Shown: piece by piece, positions 56,879 to 64,000 of the stretch | Layout: each line of letters opens with the position of its first letter | How positions within the stretch are numbered: position 1 is the stretch's first letter | Source of the DNA: Candidatus Marinacidobacterium sp. | GTDB lineage: Bacteria; Acidobacteriota; Vicinamibacteria; Marinacidobacterales; Marinacidobacteraceae | DNA: 64,000 bases | Assembly (NCBI GenBank): GCA_965204755.1 | Contig: OZ242011.1 | Span: forward strand, 3,911,859-3,975,858 | Direction: 5' to 3' | Translations under genes and position numbers: made by a program | Notes under the pieces: generated by a model | What the model was told of the DNA's origin: nothing | Databases searched by the model: none | Seen by the model: only the letters and a program-made list of their open reading frames with translations

Positions 56879-57265
56879 CGGGTTCGGCGTTCCGTCCGGC
56901 GGCGGCGCGAGTCTCGGGGGGCGTCATCCGCCGAACAGCATCTCCCGGACCAGGCCGAGACACGCCCGGCAGATGGACAGGTCGTCCGCGTGTCCCCGGA
57001 ACCGGCGCCGGCAGTACGGGCACCGCCGGACGATCACGCGGCCCCGCTCCGGGTGTTCCCGGTCCCGCGCCCCGGCCCGCCGGTGCGTCCAATGCCGCCG
57101 GCCCCATACCCCGGCGAGGCGGCGGCGGAAGACCAGGCGCGCGGGCGCGGGGTCGTCCCAGAGGCGGACGGGGCCGGCGGGCGGCGGGCGGCGGCGACGG
57201 AAGACCCGGCGCACGGTCGCGGGGGCGGTCAGCCACCGGGTTCGGTGTTCCGTTCGGCGGCGGCG
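56869..57265. repeat. 39-bp direct repeats (56869-56907 and 57227-57265, 2 mismatches) flanking a short insert
   Basis: ggtcagccaccgggttcgg(c/t)gttccgt(c/t)cggcggcggcg. Confidence 0.85.
56924..57232 (-). CDS. Small putative zinc-ribbon protein (start uncertain: CTG 57232 or GTG 57037)
   Basis: RRCPYC...ICRAC. Confidence 0.4.
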   Translation of the reverse strand: MTAPATVRRVFRRRRPPPAGPVRLWDDPAPARLVFRRRLAGVWGRRHWTHRRAGARDREHPERGRVIVRRCPYCRRRFRGHADDLSICRACLGLVREMLFGG

Positions 57266-58479
57266 AGGCGCCCTTCGGCGACGGCGCAGTAGTCGGCGCA
57301 GATTTCGATTCCGAGGAACCGGCGTCCGGTGCGGAGGGCGGCGACGCCGGTGGAGCCGGAGCCGGCGAAGGGGTCGAGGACGAGGGCTCCGGGCGGGGTG
57401 AGGGCGAGGAGGTCTTCCATGAGGGCGACCGGTTTCCCGGCGATGTGGCGTTTCCCGCCGCCGGCGTCGGCGGGGTAGTGGAAGACGCCGGGGAGGCAGG
57501 GCGCTCCGGGCGGGGGTTCGAGGTCGCCGTTGGAGCCCCAGAGGACGAACTCGGCCTGCTGGCGGAAGCGGCCGGCGTGGGGGAGGGAGCGGAGCCCCTT
57601 GTCCCAGACCGCGGTCCCGCGCCAGCGGAAGCCGGCGAACTGGAAGGCGTGGGCGACGAGGGGGTATTGGCGCCAGTCGGAGAAGACGGCGGCGGGGGCT
57701 CCGGGTCGGAGGACGCGGCGGGCGCTGCGGGCCCACTCGTCCCACCACTCGGCGTAGGCGTCGGGTTCGATGTCGTTCCCGGCCATTTCGGGGTATTCGG
57801 GCTTGGTGGGGGATTCCTTCTGGTAGTCGGCGTTGCGCCGGCGGTGGGCGGGGGTTCCGCGGACGGCGCTGGAGTAGGGGGGATCGGTGACGAGGGCGTC
57901 GGCGGAGTGTTCGGGGAGTTCCCGGAGGATGGCGAGGGCGTCGTCGTGGTAGAGGGCGGCGCTCCGTCCCCGGGCGATGGGGGTGGGCCAGCCGCGGAGG
58001 TCGAGCGGCGGAGGCGCGGGGGCGCCCGCCGGCGGCGGGGCGTGGTCGGCGGCGCGGCCGCGCCGGGCGCGCGCCGCAATGCGGGCGAGGGTGGCGCGAG
58101 TAATGGGTTCGCCACGGCGTTCGGCGTGGTCGCAGGCGTCCTGGAACTCCCGGTCGGAGAGCGCGGAATGGACGCTTCGGAGTTTGCGGATGGTTGCGCG
58201 GGTGATATTCGTGAACCGGGGTGCAGTATTCCCGCCGCCGGGTCCGGGGCTGCGCTTTTCGGGCGGGATCGGGGGGTTCGCTACGGCGATGGCGCGTTCC
58301 GCTTCCATCACCAGGCGGGCGGCGCCGACCTGGATGTCGTGGCGCTGGAGGACGGCGGCCGCGGCGGCGAGGGCGCGGCCCTGGTCTCGGATGCGGAGGC
58401 GCTCGAAGTCGTCGCGGGCGGCGGCGAGGGCCTTCCGGATGCGGTCGAGCCGCGCGGGGACGAGGTGTTGTTCGCTCAT
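57229..58479 (-). CDS. N6-adenine/N4-cytosine DNA methyltransferase with N-terminal helical extension
   Basis: VTDPPY, AVWDK, HIAGKPVALM, VLDPFAGSGSTG, FLGIEI. Confidence 0.92.
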   Translation of the reverse strand: MSEQHLVPARLDRIRKALAAARDDFERLRIRDQGRALAAAAAVLQRHDIQVGAARLVMEAERAIAVANPPIPPEKRSPGPGGGNTAPRFTNITRATIRKLRSVHSALSDREFQDACDHAERRGEPITRATLARIAARARRGRAADHAPPPAGAPAPPPLDLRGWPTPIARGRSAALYHDDALAILRELPEHSADALVTDPPYSSAVRGTPAHRRRNADYQKESPTKPEYPEMAGNDIEPDAYAEWWDEWARSARRVLRPGAPAAVFSDWRQYPLVAHAFQFAGFRWRGTAVWDKGLRSLPHAGRFRQQAEFVLWGSNGDLEPPPGAPCLPGVFHYPADAGGGKRHIAGKPVALMEDLLALTPPGALVLDPFAGSGSTGVAALRTGRRFLGIEICADYCAVAEGRLAAAERNTEPGG

Positions 58480-60038
58480 GCGTCGGCGTCCCCGAGGCCC
58501 CGGGCGGTGAAGGCGGCGGCGCCCAGCCGGCGGGCGAGGCGGCGGTCGTCCATCCGGGGGATCGCCTCCGGCAGGGCGTCGCGGGCCGCTTCGAGGGAGT
58601 CGGCTTCGGCGAGGACGGCGCGGACCGGGGCGACGACGGGATCCACCTGGCGTTCCCAGTCGTCGGCGTACTCCGCTTCGAGTTCGTCCAGAGGGTCGGC
58701 GTCCGGCGGCGGGCCTTCGCGGTTGAGCGCCGGGGGCGGTTCGGCGTTGCGGGCGGCGGGCGGGGCGGCGGGGTCGGTCGGGGCCGCCCCCAGGACTTCG
58801 GCGCCGTCTTCGGGTTCGGGGAGGTCGAGCCGGGCGCGGACGGCGGCGGCGGGGATCCGGAGCCCGAGGGGCGCGAGGTCGCGGACGGCGGCGGTGAAGG
58901 CCGCGCGGCCGGCGGGGTCGGGGACCGGCAGTTCGAGGCGGGGGAAGCGCTCCGGTTCGCCGAAGTTGAGCCGGAGGAAGGGGCGCACCAGGTCGCGGTT
59001 CAGGGTCTCGGCGAGTTGCCGGGCGTCGGCCCGGAGGATGTCCCCGCGGACATGGTCGTGGACTTCGGCCTGGGCGCGGGAACTGCCGTCGTCGGTGGTC
59101 ATGGTCTGGCCGAGGACCGCCTTGGAGACTTGGCGGTCCATGTAGGCGGCCAACTTCTCGAAGACGGCCCCTCCGCTCCCGCCGGAGCGGGCGCCGTCCT
59201 GGAACTCGATCCGCATGGTCTCGGGGATGGCGGCGGCGGCGTCGGTGCCGAGGTTGGCGAGGGCGGTGATGAGGGTGCGGATGTCCTCCTCGCGGGCGGA
59301 CTCCGGGTTGTAGCGGCCGAGGCGGAGGGGGTGGCCGAAGACCTCGACGAAGGCGGTCCAGTCGGTGATGGCGTAGGCGGTGATGAGGTAGGCCCAGCAG
59401 GCGACGCGGGCGAGCCCGCCGCGGACCGGGAGCCCGCTCTTGAGCCGGGGGCGGTGGACGATCCACTTGAAGGGTTCGAGCGGCCGCCCGTCGTCGGGAC
59501 TCTTGTCGTCGAGGAGCCGGAGGGTCTGGCCGTCGGCGCGGTCCCAGCGGAAGTGGCGGGGGTCGCGCCAGACGAAGCGCTCCGGGGACCAGCGGGCGCC
59601 GTCGTCGCGGTTCCAGAGGATTTCGACGGCGGCCCAGCCCTTGCCGAGCCCGTCGAGCAGGTCGTCGAGCAGCGCGGCGAAGTCGGCGCGGTGGACGACG
59701 GCGCGGACCTCCTCGGCCAGCCGGAGGTCCCCGGCGCCGTCGCCGGCGGGCTCGACGGCGGGGCGGAGCCCGGAGACGGCGCGGCGGCGGGTGCCGAGGA
59801 CGGAGGCGTAGTGGGGGTAGCGCTCCTCGATCTCCTCGGCGAGGGTGAGGAACTCGCGGGGCTCGCCGGAGTCGGCGGCCTTGAGGACGGCGGCCAGCCG
59901 CTCCGGGGTGAGCCCGGCGGCGACGGTCTCCCCGGTCCAGGCCTGGCGGACGCCGGCGGCGGTGGGTCGGGCGGCCTCGCGGCGGAGCCGGGAGGGGGCC
60001 GGTCGGCCGTCGGGGCCGAGGATCGGCGGGGGGTTCAC
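58476..60038 (-). CDS. Mu gp29-like portal protein (DUF935)
   Basis: GLTPERLA..L..A, EEIEER..HY.SVL.TR, KG.AAVEI.W, EVFG.PLRLGRY, SKAVLGQTMT. Confidence 0.93.
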   Translation of the reverse strand: MNPPPILGPDGRPAPSRLRREAARPTAAGVRQAWTGETVAAGLTPERLAAVLKAADSGEPREFLTLAEEIEERYPHYASVLGTRRRAVSGLRPAVEPAGDGAGDLRLAEEVRAVVHRADFAALLDDLLDGLGKGWAAVEILWNRDDGARWSPERFVWRDPRHFRWDRADGQTLRLLDDKSPDDGRPLEPFKWIVHRPRLKSGLPVRGGLARVACWAYLITAYAITDWTAFVEVFGHPLRLGRYNPESAREEDIRTLITALANLGTDAAAAIPETMRIEFQDGARSGGSGGAVFEKLAAYMDRQVSKAVLGQTMTTDDGSSRAQAEVHDHVRGDILRADARQLAETLNRDLVRPFLRLNFGEPERFPRLELPVPDPAGRAAFTAAVRDLAPLGLRIPAAAVRARLDLPEPEDGAEVLGAAPTDPAAPPAARNAEPPPALNREGPPPDADPLDELEAEYADDWERQVDPVVAPVRAVLAEADSLEAARDALPEAIPRMDDRRLARRLGAAAFTARGLGDADA

Positions 60039-61414
60039 CGGGCGCTCCCCAGGGAGCCGCGGCGGAACCCGGCGGTGGCGCGGACCGGGCGGTCGAAGCG
60101 GTCGCGCTCGGCGGGGGTCCGGGCCCAGCGGTCGGGGTCGGCGGGCCGGGCCGGGTGGTAGTCGAAGTGCTCGCGGGGGCTTTTCGCGGCGGCGGCGGCG
60201 AGGGCGAGCGCCCAGAAGCGGTCGGCGTGCCCCTCGGCGCCGCGCTCGGCGACCAGGCGGGGCGCGCCGGTGGGGCCGGCGGCGCGGCGGACGGAGTGGA
60301 GGTCGCGGCGGAGTTCCGGTCGGCGGGGCAACCGGAGGCGGCGCTCCTCGAGGGCCTCGCGGAGGGCGGTGGCGAGGTCGAGTTTCCGGGGGGCGGTGAA
60401 CAGCACCCCCTCCACCCGGCTCCCGTGCCGCTGCCGCGCCGCCTCCACCGGCATCTCCCCCATCCCGGTCTGGTCCAGCGCCGCCCGGACCACCCGGTAG
60501 TCCGCCAGCACCCGGTCGAGTTCCGCCAGTTGCCCCGAGAAGGCCGCGCCCCGCAGTTCCACCAGTTCCCGGCAGACCAGCCGCCCCTCCGCCTCCTCCA
60601 GGACGGCGATCACCGTGAGGTCCCCGCGCGCCGCGATGTCCATCCCCGCCCAGCAGGGGCCGCCCCGGTAGCCGGCCGGGTCGCCGGCGTCGTCGTCCTC
60701 GGCGCCGTCGATCAGGGCGTAGGTGAGCCAGGCCGAGGCCTCGTCCACGAACTCGCACTCGAACTCCTGCCGCCAGGCGATCGGGTCGCCCAGGGCGGCG
60801 CGGAGGCGGCGGGGGTCCCGGTCGAGCCCCTCCTCGACCGCCCGGTGGACGGTGACGGTGTGCCGGCTCCACTCCCCGGCCAGGTCGGGGTCGGTCATCA
60901 GTTCGTAGAACTTGTTCCCCCGGCCGTTGGGGGTGGAGCAGACGCGGAGGTCGAAGCCGGCGGAGACCACCGGGTAGAGGGCCTGCCAGATGGCGCGGGA
61001 GTCGCGGTGGTGGGCGAACTCGTCGAGGAGCACATTGGCGGAGAAGCCGCGGGCGGTGGCCGGGTTGGCCGGGAGCGCGGTGATCCGGCTCCCGCCGCCC
61101 AGGGTGACCTCGAGGGAGCGGACGGTCGCGCCCTCGAGGGCGACCTCGCTCTCGGCGTACCGGAACGCCGCTTCCAGGGCGTTCAAGTGGCGCTTGACGC
61201 CGGTCTCCATGGCCTCCCTCGCCTGGCGCTCGCCGACGGAGAGGATGACCCAGCGGTCCGGCTTGCCGCCGGCCTCGCGTTCGAGGGAGCGGAAGCAGAT
61301 CTCGAAGGTGGAGGCGAAGGTCTTGCCGATCTGCCGGGACCAGTTGGCGACCTTGAAGCGGGCGGGGTCGCGCACCCAGCGCCGCTGGTAGGGGAGGAGG
61401 AGGGGGCCGGTCAT
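60035..61414 (-). CDS. Terminase large subunit (Mu gp28-like)
   Basis: LLPYQ, SRQIGKTF, ANPATARG, LDEFAHH, STPNG.GN.FY, QEFECEF, GMD, DQTGMG, HADRFWA. Confidence 0.95.
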   Translation of the reverse strand: MTGPLLLPYQRRWVRDPARFKVANWSRQIGKTFASTFEICFRSLEREAGGKPDRWVILSVGERQAREAMETGVKRHLNALEAAFRYAESEVALEGATVRSLEVTLGGGSRITALPANPATARGFSANVLLDEFAHHRDSRAIWQALYPVVSAGFDLRVCSTPNGRGNKFYELMTDPDLAGEWSRHTVTVHRAVEEGLDRDPRRLRAALGDPIAWRQEFECEFVDEASAWLTYALIDGAEDDDAGDPAGYRGGPCWAGMDIAARGDLTVIAVLEEAEGRLVCRELVELRGAAFSGQLAELDRVLADYRVVRAALDQTGMGEMPVEAARQRHGSRVEGVLFTAPRKLDLATALREALEERRLRLPRRPELRRDLHSVRRAAGPTGAPRLVAERGAEGHADRFWALALAAAAAKSPREHFDYHPARPADPDRWARTPAERDRFDRPVRATAGFRRGSLGSAR

Positions 61415-61971
61415 ACGCCGTAGGCGTCGCGGACGATCTCGCGGAGGCGCTCGGCGCTGACGCGGTGGCCCTCGCCGCCCTCGCGCTCCACCGCGGCGAC
61501 CAGGTCCTCGGCGGCGCGGCGGCGGATCTCGCCCTCGCGCTTCACATTCTCGGAGGCCGCCCGCTCCAGCCGCACCGCCGACAGGCAGAGGCTGCGCATC
61601 TGCTCCAGCACCGCCGGCCGCCGCTCGGGGGTGAGGTCCTCGTCCTGCAGCGCCAGCGCCAGGTCGAAGGCCAGGGTGCGGAGGATCTCGTTGACCAGGT
61701 GGCCGGTCTGCCCCTGGGGGGCGGCGCCGAGTTTCCCGATCCAGACCTCCGCCACCTCCCGGCTCTGCCGGAGTTTCCGCCCCGCCTGCCGCATCCGCAG
61801 GTCGTAGCGGTTCACCGAATGCCGGGACACCGGCGGCAGGTCCAGCGCCTCCAGCAGTTCGTTCGCCCGCTCGGTGGCCTCGGTCTGGGTGATGCCGGGG
61901 TCCCGCAGCCAGCCCTGCAGTTCCTCCCGCACCGCCGGCGGGAGCCGGGCGATGCGGCTGGGGCGGGACAT
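61411..61971 (-). CDS. Mu gp27-like small terminase (DUF3486)
   Basis: MSRPSRIARLP..VR..L, VSRHSVNRY, EIVRDAYG. Confidence 0.88.
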   Translation of the reverse strand: MSRPSRIARLPPAVREELQGWLRDPGITQTEATERANELLEALDLPPVSRHSVNRYDLRMRQAGRKLRQSREVAEVWIGKLGAAPQGQTGHLVNEILRTLAFDLALALQDEDLTPERRPAVLEQMRSLCLSAVRLERAASENVKREGEIRRRAAEDLVAAVEREGGEGHRVSAERLREIVRDAYGV

Positions 61972-61989
61972 CGGCCCGGGGCCCCGGGC

Positions 61990-62289
61990 CTACCCGGCGG
62001 GCCGGGGGCGGGCGACGCCGGGGCACTCCGCGCGGCCGGCGGCCACATCGTCGCCCCGCTCCCGCAGCCGCGCCACCCGGACCTCGCCGACGGCCGACAC
62101 CTCGACCAGCCCCTGCTCGGCCAGCCAGGCCAGTTCGGCCCGCATCGCGTCGGCGCTGACGGCGTGGCCGACCGCCGCGAGCGCCGAGCGGAGCACCGCG
62201 TCGTTGTGGGAGTACCCCGGCGCCTCGGCCAGCAGGTCCAGGATGTCCAGGCGGCGGCGCTCCCGGACGAAGTCGGGGAAGGGGCTCAC
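61990..62289 (-). CDS. Mu gp26-like winged-helix protein
   Basis: RRLDIL..LAEAPGY..N, ELAWLAEQGLV, RG.DVA.G....PGVARP. Confidence 0.88.
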   Translation of the reverse strand: MSPFPDFVRERRRLDILDLLAEAPGYSHNDAVLRSALAAVGHAVSADAMRAELAWLAEQGLVEVSAVGEVRVARLRERGDDVAAGRAECPGVARPRPAG

Positions 62290-62627
62290 CGCTTCCGCTC
62301 GGTCATCAGGTACTCGGTGACCATCGCGGCTTGCCCCTTCCAGGCCTCCACCGCGCCGGTGAGTTGGGCCACCGTCTCGGCGAGCCGGTCGAGCCGGGCG
62401 TGGAGTTTCCCCAGGGCATCCGAGTCCGGCGCGTGCGCGAGCCGCTCCTCCAGCCGCGCCAGCATCCGCTCCACCCGGTCGAGCCGGCCGTCCACCGCCG
62501 CCTCGTGCTCGTCCAGCCGCTTCGCGTTGTAGCGGGTGCGGGCGATGATCGAGACATAGACCGCGAAGCAGGAGGTGATCGCCAACTGGACCAGGCTCGA
62601 CCAGAAGGTCAGCGCCTCGTAGTCCAC
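62286..62627 (-). CDS. Mu gp25-like membrane/coiled-coil protein (DUF2730-like)
   Basis: N-terminal TM, RL.RLE..L.HAP, coiled coil; syntenic position. Confidence 0.75.
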   Translation of the reverse strand: MDYEALTFWSSLVQLAITSCFAVYVSIIARTRYNAKRLDEHEAAVDGRLDRVERMLARLEERLAHAPDSDALGKLHARLDRLAETVAQLTGAVEAWKGQAAMVTEYLMTERKR

Positions 62628-62646
62628 CGGCCGGCGTCCTCCCCGG

Positions 62647-63183
62647 CTACCGGTGCTTGTGGCCCGGCGGCGACAGCGCCCGGTCCCCGAACCACCAGGC
62701 GACGGCGGTGGAGAAGGCGAAGACGATGCTGCAGACGATGTAGTTCAGCAGCCCGGCGGCGGCGTCCGGGGGGATGGCGGCCGCCAGGGAACTGGCGCCC
62801 GGCGGCGCGGTCACCGCCGCCATCAGGTCCACCCAGATCCAGAGGGTCAGCCCGCCGAGGAGGACGGTGAAGGCGAGGCGGGCGAGCGAGCGGGCGGCGA
62901 GCACCCAGACGGGGAGCGGCCCGGTCGCGGCGTCGGCCTTGAGCGACTGTTCGAGCCCCCGCCAGCGGCCGTCCTCGCGGGCGACTTCGATCTCCTGCTC
63001 GGTCTCCTGCGACCGGGTCTTGCTCTGGAGTTCCAGGAGGGCGATCTCGTGCCGGCGCTCCTTCTCCTGCGCCTCCATCTCCTGCTTGCGCTGGAAGTAC
63101 TTGCCGGCGATGCCGAACAGGCCGCCGACCACGCCCCCGCTGGCGCCGGAGAGGAAGGCGCCGACGCCGTTCAGCCATTCCAT
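62647..63183 (-). CDS. Holin-like membrane protein
   Basis: Hydrophobic segments, terminal AVAWWFGDR; adjacent to the endolysin. Confidence 0.65.
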   Translation of the reverse strand: MEWLNGVGAFLSGASGGVVGGLFGIAGKYFQRKQEMEAQEKERRHEIALLELQSKTRSQETEQEIEVAREDGRWRGLEQSLKADAATGPLPVWVLAARSLARLAFTVLLGGLTLWIWVDLMAAVTAPPGASSLAAAIPPDAAAGLLNYIVCSIVFAFSTAVAWWFGDRALSPPGHKHR

Positions 63184-63593
63184 AGGTCTTGGCTCCTTCG
63201 TCCGCCGAACCAGGCCGCGGGCCGGGGTCGGGTGTCGATGTGGAGGAAGTTCGCGTAGCGGCCGAAGCCGGTGAAGCCCAGTTCCCGGGCGGCCTCGGCG
63301 AGTTCGAAGCGGTCGAGCCCGCGGAGGTCGAGGTCGAAGGCGTCGCCGCGCTTGTGGCGGGAGCGGGGGGCGCCGCCGACGCGGGCGTTGTGGAGCGGGT
63401 CGCGGTAGGCGGAGAGCACGCGGAGCGGCCGCCCGATGCGCCGCCGGAGGGTGTCGAGCGCTTCCCCGGCGGGGAGGACGACGCGCACCGAGCCGTCGCC
63501 GCGGCTGGCGAGTTCGGCCGGGGCGAAGAAGGTGAGCGGCCAGTCGGCGGCGGGGACCTCCTGCCAGTGCGGCGCGGACAGCACCGGGCTCAT
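63171..63593 (-). CDS. Peptidase M15A (D-Ala-D-Ala Zn peptidase) endolysin
   Basis: FAPAELAS, SAYR...HNARVGGA..SRH..G.AFD, FLHIDTR. Confidence 0.9.
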   Translation of the reverse strand: MSPVLSAPHWQEVPAADWPLTFFAPAELASRGDGSVRVVLPAGEALDTLRRRIGRPLRVLSAYRDPLHNARVGGAPRSRHKRGDAFDLDLRGLDRFELAEAARELGFTGFGRYANFLHIDTRPRPAAWFGGRRSQDLWNG

Positions 63594-63606
63594 CGCGTTC
63601 CCCCGC

Positions 63607-63861
63607 TCAGGGGTAGCCGTACAGGTTCCGGCACCGCCGGCCCAGTCGGGTGAGTTCGTTCGGGTCCGGGTCGCATCGGGTGGCGAACACGGCCTTCGCC
63701 CACTCGGCGCAGTGCGCCCGGAGGTCTCGGGGGGCCCGGGGCGGCGGGTCTTCGGCGCACCCGGCGCAGAGCGCGGCCGCCAGGGCGAGCAGGACGAGCA
63801 GGACGAGCATCCGCATCGCCGGCGAACCTAGTGGAAACAGGCGGAAAAACTCATGGCGCAT
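63607..63861 (-). CDS. Small phage lipoprotein
   Basis: Hydrophobic signal with CAGC lipobox; start may be the second Met. Confidence 0.6.
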   Translation of the reverse strand: MRHEFFRLFPLGSPAMRMLVLLVLLALAAALCAGCAEDPPPRAPRDLRAHCAEWAKAVFATRCDPDPNELTRLGRRCRNLYGYP

Positions 63862-63906
63862 ATGCGCCGTGGATTCGGTCTCCGGAGTCGCTTAGGTTCG
63901 CGCCGC

Positions 63907-64000
63907 ATGAGCCGTCCCGCGCCTTCCGCGCCGCCGCCCGCGGCGTCGGTGGAGGCTCCGGTCGCCGGGCCGGAGCCGGTCGGGATCCCGGCGGCCTGCT
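63907..64000 (+). CDS. Start of a divergent phage ORF (truncated by the window end)
   Basis: ATG at 63907, open to the end (MSRPAPSAPPPAAS...). Confidence 0.35.
   Translation, partial: MSRPAPSAPPPAASVEAPVAGPEPVGIPAAC

Larger units (their letters stand above)
46212..64000. mobile_element. Mu-like transposable prophage (continues past the window end)
   Basis: TG terminus with repeated end sites; MuA, MuB, Gam, GemA, Mor, repressor, MuF, portal, terminases and lysis genes. Confidence 0.95.

Noticed and set aside
57229-58479. Complete restriction-modification system
   Set aside because: No adjacent endonuclease gene; an orphan phage methyltransferase is the simpler reading.

Overview
Very GC-rich bacterial chromosomal window. 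Gene content and protein style suggest Acidobacteriota (inference only). Positions 1-46,060 are mostly housekeeping genes: peptidoglycan recycling (NamZ, a NagZ-AmiE-like fusion), ilvE, an AddAB-like helicase/nuclease pair, amidohydrolases, DegP, suhB, mreBCD-mrdA-rodA-rng, PpiD, moeA-moaC-larE and tatA. An IS1634-family element interrupts a GspE/PilB ATPase gene and is flanked by a 284-bp target duplication. Four copies of a hairpin-rich repeat (about 90-210 bp) lie in intergenic gaps. From 46,212 to the window end is a Mu-like transposable prophage inserted into one of those repeats. Its early block and its lysis-packaging block both point leftward around the repressor. The best candidate for a new system is a MuF head protein with a lower-GC, BECR-like RNase C-terminus and no immunity ORF, faced by a promoter-driven, highly structured RNA of about 140 nt with a kissing loop (possible RNA antitoxin). 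All calls come from reading the sequence by eye; no searches or folding programs were run.
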